From Octopus sinensis (taxonomy: Eukaryota), in assembly GCF_006345805.1 (NCBI RefSeq), contig NC_043008.1, forward strand, positions 66,650,001 through 66,714,000: a DNA stretch of 64,000 nucleotides, given 5' to 3'. Both the position numbers and the translations under genes were made by a program. The notes under the pieces are model-generated. The model ran no database searches. It had not been told where the DNA came from and worked only from the letters and a program-made list of their open reading frames with translations. This document shows, piece by piece, positions 1 to 11,492 of this stretch (within the stretch, counting starts at the first letter, position 1; each line of letters opens with the position of its first letter).

Positions 1-3000
1 GATAGAATAAGTACTGTTCTTACAAAGAATAAATCCTGGGGTCGATTTGCTCGACTAAAGGCAGTGCTCCAGCATGGCCGCAGTCAAATGACTGAAACAA
101 GTAAAAGAGTAAAGAGTATACTTAAATACCAGTTGATTAAGATCAATAAAATTAAATACCAGTCAGTTACTGAACTTAATTTAAAATGGCCATATCCGGC
201 CCAAATTTTCTACCTGTTTTCTGCTTAAACTGGTCAGGTCTGACCTCTCACACCTACCTGTAATGTCCTTCCAAAAATAAACAATCATGTCATCAAAATC
301 TCAATGCTACAAGATAATGCATGATCAATTGAAAACAATATGAATAAATAAGCATTACTTTTGACATAATTATATGAATGCTAAAGGGTTAATAACAATT
401 AATTATTGAAGTTGATATGGTTTACTGTACCCCTGCTCATTAAAATCTGTTGCCTTGTTCCTATATACAGGATTGGTAAAGCATCTGACAAAATTCTTTG
501 CACTATTTAGTTACATCACTATATTCTAAGCCTAATTCTGGCCAAGATGGACTTAGCCATGCATCTTCCAAGTGTTGATAAAATTATAAAGAAAATCATA
601 TACTGAAGAGAGCAGAAGGTTCAACTGCTCCACTTCCTCACCAAAAACTGCAGTTTTCTGCATATGTTGTTGTTATTGTTAGTGGCATTTCTTCCATCTC
701 TGTAGGCTCTGAGTACAAATTCTGCCAGAGTCAATTTTGCCATTCATACATTTGAGATGAATAGAATAAGTACCTGTTATGCACTGGGATCGATGTAATC
801 AACTAACACCTCTCTCCCAAAATTTCAGGTGCCTGTAATTGAAAGAATTCTACCAGCTCACCACCTTAATAATAATTATTTCTTTATTGCCTGCAAGGAG
901 CTAAACATAGAGGGGACAGACAAGGGGATTAAGTTGATTACATCGACCCCAGTATGTAACTGGTACTTAATTTATCGACCCCAAAAGGATGAAAGGCAAA
1001 GTTAACCTCAGAGGAATTTGAGCTCAGAACGCAACGGCAGACGAAATACCATTAAGCATTTCACCCGGCATGCTAACGTTTCTGCCAGCTCGCAGCCTCA
1101 GCACCTTAATAATAATAATAATCCTTTCTACAATAGACACAAGGTCTGAAATTTTCGGGGAAAGGACTAGTTGATTACATCACCCCCTGAGGTTAAACAA
1201 CAAATGCCAGAGATTTGTATTAAAGCTCAGAATTAAAACAACTAATTAAAGAACAGTATTCAACAACTATTAATCAATCAGAAAGAAAGAGATAATGAAA
1301 TCTTTTTTTGTGGGGGTCTATACTCATTTCTCAATTTTCAGCATTTATAGAGGTGTGTGTGTGTGTGTGTGTTTGAAAAAGCTAATTCCTTATCAGTCAA
1401 TGTCCAAAAGATACTTACAATTTCAAGCCTTTTATCATTGATATTGTTCACTTTTAGTGGTGCAAGAGGCAAACAGCCACTGGGAATAGCTAACAAATGT
1501 ACAGGACAATGATGAAATCAAACACAACAAAGAAGAATAATTATAATGATTATATATATACAACAAAGAAAGCTGTGTCGCTACAAGTCAGGCAGATATG
1601 GGTAACACAAAGGAAAAGGAAAATGTCCAATAAGACTAGAGACAATTGAGGAGCAGATAGAAAGTCAGAAGGAAGGAAGAAGTAAACAAACCATGTAGGA
1701 AAAAGGTGTAAGATCACAAAGAAACATGACCAACATGGTCAAAGGTAAAGCAAAAAAGGATGAGAGAGGTTTAGATGGTCACAGATTATGAGGTAGCAGA
1801 AGGAGAGAGAAAGAACCATGGAGGGCAGAGGGACAACAGAGTGGAGGCGCAATGACCCAGTAGTTAGGGCAGCAGACTCATGGTTGTAAGAGCACAGTTT
1901 TGATTCCCAGACCAGGTATTGTCAGTGTTTATTGAACAAAAACACCTATGCTCCACAAGAATCTGGTGGGGAGGAGTTGTGAACCTCACTGTACTCTTTC
2001 ACCACAACTTTCTCTCACTCTTACTTCCTACCTTTGCCACAAAGCAGAGGAACCATGGTGTGGTAAACTTTCAGACCCTAGTCTAGATTGCGAATCCTCT
2101 GTACCCCAGGATGGTTCAGCTCTCCACCCATTAAAAGCCACCATTTACGGAATGAAGATAACAATGTAGCTTTCGCGCCCGTGCAGCTGCCAGTCTTTCG
2201 CATGTGGTGGGTGGATCTTCAAGTTGCCACACGCATTCTTAGTAGCTTAAGAGTAGGTTCGAATTAGAGATTATTCTTTGTGGCTAATGGTGTGAGTCCT
2301 GATTGGAAGAAGAAGAAAAAGAAGCAACAGAGGAAAGTATCAGGGAGGAAGGCAAAGAAGCAGAAATAGACATTGCACAAAAAATATTCCAAGAATATTC
2401 TACAAATGAATAAAAAGAATAAGGAATGCATAGTATTATTTATTTAATGCTGCTCTGTAACAGTTTTAATTTTTTATATGTATGTAAAACAAAAGTGAGC
2501 AAAGATAATAACTGAGAAGCCAGCAAGCATGTACTGGACAACAGAGATGTAAAAGAGGATAGTCTGTGCAGAGACAGTGTGGCTGCGTGGTAAGAAGCTT
2601 GCTTCCCAACCACATGGTTCCAGGTTCAGTCCCACTGTGACAAACAACATATCTTATGCATTTTTAAACAGTGACACCCTGTACTTCTACTATGTCCTCT
2701 GGCTAAGCAGTGCCTTGCAAGTAGAATTTTTTTGTAGAACGTGAGTGGAAGTTTGTTAAAAGAGCATCCAGCTGTAGACATCAAACCAGAACAGACTATG
2801 GAACCTGGGTTTGCCAGTTCCTGTCAAGCTAGCATGGAAAATGTATGTTAAATATTGATGATGATGATGATGAAGAAGCAGGGTGCGAAAAACAGCAGAT
2901 TTAACAAACAGGGAAAGGTTGGTAAGAGGAAGGGCATCTAGCCATGAAATTTTTTTTTTTTTTTGCATCCAACCCATGCTAGCATGGAAAATTAGATATA

Positions 3001-3559
3001 AAATTAACGAATTCATCATAGACAATGACCATACAGAAGAATTTTCAGAGAAAATCTGTTTGAGGTTTTTTTTTTCATCTAATATTTGAAAGAATATGTA
3101 AGGAAATATTCATCAAAAAGAATAGATTGTTTGTGAACAATAAATCGAAATTGGAAGAAATTATTGAGATATGGTGGTTGCAGTAGTCAATCTGTTGATT
3201 AACGATAAGAATCCATTTGTTTAATCAACTGGATTGCTTACTCCTGGATTAACACAGAATGATTGAGCATTCCACAAACATGTGTACCCTTAACATAATT
3301 CGCAGACAGAATCAGTATGATACAGTGTCACAAGGCTATACTTTTGGAATTACAAGTACAATCCTTTTGGCAGATTTTTTGTATACAGCTTCAGTTTCAA
3401 GGTGTGGGTCAACCCAAGGCAATAGTAAAGGATGTTTGCCCGTGATGCCATATAATGGGATTGAATCCCAGACCTTGGTTGTGAAGCAACCTTCCAAACA
3501 ATTTTGCCATGCTGCACCTTAAAAATTTTGTATATCATGTTAACAATAAATTCCTGTGG

Positions 3560-3819
3560 CATATGGTGGAGTGGTTAAGAGTGTGGTCTACTAACCCCAA
3601 GATTCCGAGTTTGATTCCAGGCAGTGACCTGAATAATAATATTAATATCGAAAAATACCTTAGGAATGAGAACCTAGGTTCGAAATTTCCCCAAGACACC
3701 TGATGAAGGCTGGAGGGTATATCAGCTGAAATGTTGTGTTAACAACAAACAAAATGAGGACAAATATCCGTCAAATGTAAATAATGTACATAATTCCCTA
3801 TCTCTTGAATATAGAACTG
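3560..3819 (+). mobile_element. tRNA-headed SINE with a hammerhead-like, PLE-related 3' part
   Basis: A box TGGTGGAGTGG, B box GAGTTTGATTCC, CTGATGA...GAAA core at 3700-3731. Flanking duplication AAATTCCTGTGG at 3548-3559 and 3820-3831. Confidence 0.75.
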
Positions 3820-5629
3820 AAATTCCTGTGGTGTAAAAAAATCCATCATTTTGTAGAAAATGTTTGATAAGAGTGTGATAAAGAGAGAGAGATTCAAATG
3901 GATGCTACTGGCATGTACTCATACACACACACACACACACACACACATACATAGGAAAGCTGTTGGTACACACAGAAACAACAGTTAGCTGTATGTGCAA
4001 GAAAGTTGGGTCTACATATGTGCATGTGCTTAATGTTAGTATATGTGTGACTGCATATGAGTATACGGAAGATGTATGACAAACAATAAGGCTGAAGCTA
4101 ATATGGAAAGAATGAGAATTATTAAACAAGAAAGGAGACAAAATATTAATGATGATGAAAGTGTAATGATATTTTTTAATACACAAGCTAGAAAGAGAAA
4201 ACATGGATCTTTTCTGTTTGGTTCATACTTTTCAATTCCTTTAATTTTGTTACATCAATAAACCAAATTCGACAATCTTCACTTAATTTTAAAATTTTTA
4301 AAAGTGTGAGCCAAACAGACAAGATTGATGACAAGATATTATTACCAAGTGAGGAGTTGTTTATGGCTAATACTGCACCACAAAATGGTTATGGAATTCA
4401 TAATCTTTTCTATGTTAATTTTGTTGTTTTGAAGCACAAGGTACTTCAAAAGATAGCCAAGAAACAACAGGTTCGCTGGTGTTTCTCGACTATGAACTGC
4501 CCGTATGGAGGCATACTTGCAGAGTCGTAGACACAATAACTAGCGAGATATCTAGTCCACAACACTGCTTGTTGCAGCTAATTTATTTGTTCAACTAACT
4601 TTGAATCACATCATAGTAAAAAAGGGGGTTGGATCTGCATTAAATATAAAAAGTTCTGGATTCAAGTTAAACCAAGGAATATGAATGTGCATAAATGAGT
4701 AACCGAAGAACCCATCAAAATGTTGTATAGAACAGAGAAACTAAAAAATAACGTCCATAAATGTGAAAATGCTCTACAATAAACGTAGGATTGAAAATGA
4801 AAGAAAATGAAGCTGGACCAAGCGTGTGTGCAGTTTCTAAATTGCTTTAGAGTTACCTCCCTTGTTCAGGTTTATTTTGCCGAAACCCTCAATAGCTTGT
4901 TTGGTTGTATCTGTCGTATTCTCCTTTATGTTCATTGTTCAAATCCTGCTAATTTCGATAAAAAAAAAAGTAAGGGTCAAGAATTATAAGTCAATCTAAA
5001 TGACTCTACTCAATTATCTATGCTTATTTATGGAAATATATATATTTCAAAGCGTCTTGTTGTCTAGCCCTAGGCCATTCTGATTAAGCCAATCCATGGC
5101 TGAATGTATCCCATCCGTGACTGTCCCACTTTTTCTTATGTGCAAGGAGCCCACAATACATTATCCAACGTATCCTCTTTCAAGATAACGGGATATGGGC
5201 TTGAGGCATATTATTTACCTATTTGGCCGCTATCTTCAGCAAATCTAGCAACAACATCGAGGTTTCTATGATGACTGTCATTCGGCTTGCTAGAAATAAC
5301 AGTTACATCTTCTTTAGCTCGCCCTACTGTCTCAGAAAATGAAAGTCATGTTGGACAGTATAGAACAAGGATTGTACAACTTTTTTCCGAGAAGCGGGCC
5401 GCATGAAACATGGTTCCTTATCAAGCGGGTCGCACTAAAAAAAATATACATTTTAAGCAAATTTTTTTAGGCGTGCCATTCAGAAAGTCTCTTGACTGCG
5501 GCCATGCTGGAGCACCGCCTTTAGTCGAGCAAATCGACCCCAGGACTTATTCTTTGTAAGCCTAGTAAATATTCTATCGGTCTCTTTTGCCGAACCGGCT
5601 TAGTTGTGGAGACAAACACAGACACACAA

Positions 5630-5643
5630 ACATATACACACAC

Positions 5644-5704
<61 letters not shown>

Positions 5705-5713
5705 ATATAATAT

Positions 5714-5795
<82 letters not shown>
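5630..5795. repeat. Compound (CA)/(TA)n/(TG)n microsatellite
   Basis: Direct inspection. Confidence 0.95.
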
Positions 5796-5796
<1 letters not shown>

Positions 5797-6050
5797 CCCA
5801 GTGGTTAGGGCAGTGGACTCGCGGTTTCGATTCCCAGACCGGGCGTTGTGAGTGTTTATTGAGCGAAAACACAAGCTCCACGAGGCTCCAGCAGGGGGTA
5901 GTGATCCCTGCTGTACTATTTCACCACTCTTTCTTCTGTTGGCCTGCTCGCTCAACCAGCGGGGTGGCGTCATTTGAAGGCTAAAACAATGCGAACGTAT
6001 TGTGACCAGCGATGTGTAACTACATCTGATGGACTGGTCGGTCACGTGAT
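5792..6050 (+). mobile_element. tRNA-headed SINE, family C. Other copies about 1843-1990 (+), 13905-14163 (-), 46985-47268 (-)
   Basis: TGGCCCAGTGGTTAGG A box, GTTTCGATTCCC B box, shared body among dispersed copies. Confidence 0.85.
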
Positions 6051-6199
6051 ATATATATACCAAATTCACTCACAAGGCTTTGGTCGGCCTGAGGTTATAG
6101 TAGAATACACCTGCCCAAGGTGCCACGCAGCGGGAATGAACCCGGAACCATGTGGTTGGTAAGCAAGCTACTTACCACACAGCCACTCCTGTGCAGGTC

Positions 6200-6520
6200 A
6201 CTTTTCATAAAAACAAGTCAAATTAATGATGTTGATGCAGGACGTATTTTGCCGAAACTCTGTATCAACCTGCAACCAGCCGATGCATATTTGCCCTTCA
6301 CTTTAGGACGACGTCAATTTCCTATCAGATTTGCGTTCGCTACGTTGATAAACACAAGTCAAGGGCAAAGCTTATCAAAATGTAACGCTCATCTCCCTAC
6401 TACAGTGACCAATCACGGTCGGCTGTATACATCTCTCGACAGAACTGAGGATTCTTCGGATGTCAAAGCTTTTACTAACTAAAATCAGTTACTACATAAA
6501 GAGCATATCACAGTCGTTCC
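6200..6520 (+). mobile_element. Degenerate Helitron RepHel Pif1-helicase C-terminal fragment
   Basis: Translation LPFTLGRRQFPIRFAFATLINTSQGQSL...HGRLYTSLDR matches the Pif1 motifs RRQFP...AFA.TINKSQGQ and HGQLYVALSR. Confidence 0.85.
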
Positions 6521-6900
6521 AATAATATCCATCGTGGGGACAGAGTCCTCGGGCATCTACTCCATAGGGTCCTATCAGAAGCAACCGTTATTAGACTTTC
6601 TGGTTGGATTCCCTAGCTCGTTCTTGGTCTACACCTACGTCTCCTGCCAGTTGGTTCGGCTTGAAGAATCCTTCACACGATTCTTTCCTGAAACATTCTC
6701 ATCTCATGTCCGTAGTACCGAAGCCGTGACTTCTCGATGCGAAAAAGTGGCAGCTCGACCTGAAGAAACTCTCTGATCTCCGAGCTACACATTCTGTAGA
6801 GTAACATTGCTTCAGATATCTTTCGGAGGAACTCTGTTTCAGCCGCATGTATTCGCAATCGTACTCGCTCGGTCACCACGCAACTTTATGACTGAAGATG
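6500..6900 (-). mobile_element. RTE-clade (Expander/Rex3-like) LINE 3' fragment
   Basis: VTERVRLRIHAAETEFLRKI...SSEIRE...RIEKSRLRYYGH matches RTE C-terminal motifs. Stops and frameshifts present. Confidence 0.8.
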
Positions 6901-7581
6901 AGAATTGGCGCAGATATTGCTTGTCAACATTTCATGTTTGGGAAATGTTACGTATGTAGTATGTCTCTGCTTCAACTGGAGAGGAAAATCAGTGATCTAG
7001 TACAAAGAGATAACAGGGTAACGCCGTACTAGGATGATGAGGTGGGTGCTATGCTACATGAAGTAAAGCTAAGTTAGGAGGTAGAAAGGAAACCATACCT
7101 GAGAAGTAGCAATTAGCGACGGGGAAACCGAAAGCTAAAAATGAAAGATGACGGGATTGAACAAGAAAGGAAAAATGATGGAAAATGTAGAAAAATGACA
7201 AAATGAAAGATTAACAAATTAAAAAGGAAAAGATAACAAGAAGCTGAGGTAGTGTGAAAGGTTTTAATATGTAACGGTCGTAATTGATTGGTAAACAATC
7301 TTATGAAATATTGATAGTCAGCAGATGCAGCGATAATAATTTTGTTGTTATCGCATACTGTAAGATGTGGAAGATGAACAATGCATGAAGTTTTAAGGAA
7401 GTATTTATTTACCGTTACGTTACAATACCTTGCCTCGACAAGCAGGCTTTGATACATCTAAACGCATGCGAAGTAAAGTTTGTTTTTGTGTCCTCTTCAT
7501 TGTTTAGTAGTAAATACAGAGAGAGAGATAGAGATAGAATGTTGTAAAAGAACAGGGTCAGAGCTAGAGAGAAGTGTTGAG

Positions 7582-7966
7582 TGTTGTCTGACAGTAAATT
7601 TCATTTCTCCCTCTGACCAAGGCTGGTCAGCCAGACCTCGTTGAGTTGTCACGACTGTGATGGACTGACTTTTGCTTGGAGTGTGATTGTTTATATAACT
7701 ATCCAGAAGGATAGATATATCAGTGAGAACAATAGGTTTAGTTGGTGGTCTTGTTATCTCTATTCTAGCTTTTGGTGAAGTAGAAGAGGTTAGAAAGGGT
7801 CAAGTGGTGAAGACATTATTTCGGTCTAGCTGCAGGCATCTGGAAAATGTAAAACTGCTGTCAGAGAAAACCCATTGTTCCATCGTGGGAAAAGTTCTGT
7901 TGCAGTGTTAATTTAAATTTGGCTATGGTGGATCGAATCCATTTCATGCATGCAAGATTCACAACA
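7582..7966. mobile_element. 5'-truncated copy of the TGT...ACA TIR element at 9764-10235
   Basis: About 390 bp of clear direct similarity to 9852-10235, ending in the same right TIR. Confidence 0.8.
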
Positions 7967-8759
7967 AATATATTACATGAACAGTGAACAGTGAGGAGGT
8001 CTTTGGAAATTCTCGTTTGAAAATCCTACTTCGGCGTTGCCCTTGTAACAGAGTGGGTTAGACAAACGCATTAGGAATTTCTTTATAAAACCACAAAGGA
8101 TTGATACATAGAGGGGACGGACAAGGAGTCGGAGGATCATATGAGATGACATGAGAAACTATAAAATTAAAATGTATAATAATGTATATAAATAACGAAT
8201 GAGATGACGATGAAGTGGGGTACGACTGCAACCCCACAAAACCCCGTTCCAGCACTGAGCTCTTTATTTAACTTTTATGCTTTGCCACCTTCTTCCGTCT
8301 TTTCTCGTACATACTACGTGACAAGCGCCTCCTTTCCAGTCTTATTTTTCTCCTGAGGTGGAAACAAAAAAGTTCACTAATCCAAGGCCGGAGACTTTCT
8401 TTTTATTCACATCTTTCGCCATGGCCACTACGCAGAGGAAGCATGCCCGCCCTTCCCTATTCAGAGAGGGCGGTGGAACAATCTTTATTATTAACTCGAA
8501 TGACAGTTGTGTTCTTCCTAGTTGTAACATGGTTGAGTCGCTGGAACTGGCTGTCTGCTCTGTAGTCAGAGGTTAGTCCTAAGAAGGACTAGAACCAAAG
8601 ACAAATAATGGTTTGTCGTGACTAGCTTTTAAAAGGTTTAGGTGGCTTACACAAGGCATTAGAAAAACAATGCCACGGGGCCTTATCTGAAGGTTGCGAT
8701 TGGTTGGTTTACACATTGGCGCGAAATAAAGCAAGAGATAAAACTGCACCAAAACTAAC

Positions 8760-9063
8760 CAATCAGAGTAGCGGACACAACTAGTCCTAAGCAGTCGAAG
8801 GATGGCTGCTATCTGCCACGACGTTATTTGTATGATGTCCCCCAAAGAGGTATAATGTATTTCACTAAACGCTACAGAGGTAACTCTAATGTGGAGCCTA
8901 AAAACAGAAACAATCCCTATAGTAACAAGTGCATTGGATATGGTTAAAAAAACTTTCAGACAAATACATAACCAAAACACCAGGACTAAGGAATGTATAT
9001 AACATACAGATAATAGCACTAGTAGACACAGCGCACATCCCACGTAACCCACTTTCAATATAG
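8760..9063 (+). mobile_element. R4/Dong-type LINE C-terminal (restriction-like endonuclease region) remnant
   Basis: WSLKTETIPIVTSALDMVKK...NIQIIALVDTAHIPRNPLSI-stop matches the R4 C-terminus (W...IPIVIGALG...IQKIALLGTAHILRKVL). One frameshift. Confidence 0.75.
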
Positions 9064-9278
9064 TGAAAATAAGAGCACCACAATAAACCACAACACATGC
9101 CCAAGGCACTCAGAGCTGAGCTCGGAAGTCCAGTGAAAGCACGTGACACAGATATCTTTTTGGTTGTTTGCCCATGCATGTGTTTCTGTATGTCTTTCAA
9201 CATACATACGACGCAACACAGACTTTAATAAACGACTTTCGCTATAGATGTTGTTATTGTTGTTCAGTGAGACTTATA

Positions 9279-9282
<4 letters not shown>

Positions 9283-9329
<47 letters not shown>
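9283..9329. repeat. (GA)n microsatellite
   Basis: Direct inspection. Confidence 0.95.
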
Positions 9330-9333
<4 letters not shown>

Positions 9334-9763
9334 TGTGTGTGAAAGAATTAAAATTTGTTTCTTCAAAAAAGAAAAAAAAAAACAAGTTGTTTCTGATCAT
9401 ATCACCGTGACTATTGCAGTAGGTTTCTTGCCGAAGGATCTATTTCATTTTGACTGGGTCGTTACTCGGTAGCACATCGACGGATAACGACTAGTTTAGT
9501 TATTAAAAACATATAATACATATATAATGCAAAAACATCCTGCAGACTGTGTTAGTCAATAAAATTGATATAAAGTTTTTAAATTATTCTTTCTGTGCGG
9601 CACAATGGTTGAGAACTCCTGCATTGCATGTTCCATCTAACTGTACAGAGCCATTATTTTCAGGGCTTGGTATTGTTTGTCATTATCAATCAAGAGGTAG
9701 AATCCAAACGACTATTTCTTAATACTTTATCGCTTTTTCTCGTTACCTGTTTAATAATGTATT

Positions 9764-10235
9764 TGTAGTGGATCTTGCATGCATGAAGTGGATTCGGTCC
9801 ACCATAGCTCTGCGCTCATGTTTAGACATAATTCTCCCCCTGTTAGACACCTGTTGCTGACAGTAACTTCATTTCTCCCTCTGACCAACGCTGGTCAGCC
9901 AGGCCTCGTTGAGTCTTCACCGACTGTGACTAACTGATTTTTGCTTGGGATGTGCTGGCTTATATAACTATCCAGAAGAGTAGATATATCCTTGAGAACA
10001 ATAGATTTAGTTGGTGATCTTGTTATCCCTATTCTAGCTTTTGGTGAAGTAGAAGAGGTTAGAAAGGGTCAAGTGGAGAAGACATTATTTCGGCCTAGCT
10101 GAAGGCATCAGGAAAATGTAAAACTGCTGTCAGAGAAAAGCCATTGTTCCACCGTGGGAAAAGTTCTGTTCCGGTGTTAATTTAAATTTGGCTATGGTGG
10201 ATCGAATCCACTTTATGCATGCAAGATCCACTACA
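9764..10235. mobile_element. Non-autonomous TIR element with 45-bp TIRs, TGT...ACA ends and 4-bp TSD TATT (Ginger-like)
   Basis: TIRs at 9764-9808 and 10191-10235 with 2 mismatches. TATT at 9760-9763 and 10236-10239. Confidence 0.8.
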
Positions 10236-11315
10236 TATTCATGTCAGTGAGGGCGCTTGGCTTTCCCAACGCCTTAGCCTCGCCCGTTGTAATGCTGCGA
10301 GCGTGCTTGCTTGCTTCAGTAGGTTCCGTTAAACCTTGTGGTGTGTGATCAGTTGCTATGATATATTCATTGTTTAGAAGATACCTCCCATTTATTTCTT
10401 TATAAACCCTTAATATTTCACCTTATACTGTCCCAAACGTCTTAGGTTCTTGCGTCTAATAAATTTTCTTCTTGTTCTTGCTGATTTTCGTCTTTATTGT
10501 ATTGTTTCTGTTTCAAAGTTCTTTGAAGCCCTAACAGAAATTTTGTCCTGTCATGAACCCTCGGTTACAAACATGTTTTTATTGTGTTGTATTTTTACAC
10601 ATTATGCATGTGCAATAATTTTGTGGTCGAAATAAATATATTAAGCCGAAAATGTAATTTTTAAATATTTCACACTTTTAAAAAAATCATGACTCAAACC
10701 GTAAAATCTTTTCTTAAACCAATCCCGATCCAAGTCTTTAATCCTAACCTTAGATTAAGTATAAATATATTATAGTATGTATATCGCTTTTTATTTCATT
10801 CAACGTAAATATTTATATAAACACTTCCATGGCGGCAGAGAACGGTTCATCCAAAAATCAGTAATTATCAAGCTACAAACACAACTGAAACGAAACGAAG
10901 AAGTATCGCACGTAACTAAATCTTTTAAATAAAAGAATATTTCATTTTCTATATTCCGTTTTTTTCTTATATATATTCCACACATATTTTCTAAATCATT
11001 ATTATTACAACTCTATTAATAAATATTTTATTCTATGTAAATATTTATATAAACACTAACATAGCGGAAGAGAACAGTGCATCCAAAATCTAATTATCTC
11101 AAAACAAATGCAACAGAAACGAAACGAAGAAGAGTAACGTCCCTAAACCTTCAAAGGAACATTCAATTTTCTATATTCTTTTATATATATATATATATTC
11201 TACTCATATTTTCTAAAGCAGCAATACAACAGCTCTGTTAATCATTTCTGATCAATGAAGAGTATCTACAAAGAATGACAATATGAAATGCTAATAAGAA
11301 ACTATCATAGACCAG

Positions 11316-11323
11316 TGACGTCA
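11316..11323 (+). promoter_or_regulatory. Full palindromic CRE (TGACGTCA) about 140 bp upstream of the MRG15 ATG
   Basis: Exact CREB/ATF consensus in a locally CpG-richer region next to exon 1. Function is inferred. Confidence 0.5.
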
Positions 11324-11464
11324 CCTAATTTCGTTTTCCTCGCAGCCATGACGTTTCACACACAGATATTTTCACGTTGATGCCAATGTAATAATTATGT
11401 GATTAACACCGAAGTTTGTATTTTTATTTTCGTCTTGGCGTATGTTTATTTAAAAACAAGAAAG

Positions 11465-11492
11465 ATGGCTCCTAAAATGAAATTTGTTGAGG
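11465..11492 (+). CDS. MORF4L1: MRG15 coding exon 1 (MAPKMKFVE, phase 1 end)
   Basis: ATG at 11465, then G|GTGAGT donor. Matches the MRG15 N-terminus (MAPK...KF.EG) and joins exon 2 in frame. Confidence 0.9.

Noticed and set aside
5521-6069. ORFs with long YI/HT/CV runs (also 63328-63979)
   Set aside because: Microsatellite translations.
8579-9109. 176-aa hydrophobic ORF resembling a multi-pass membrane protein
   Set aside because: It is the antisense shadow of an A-rich R4/Dong LINE remnant on the + strand.
7540-10235. Two direct repeats read as the LTR pair of one retrotransposon
   Set aside because: The second copy has its own TIRs and TSD, the copies are diverged, and no gag/pol, PBS or PPT lies between them.
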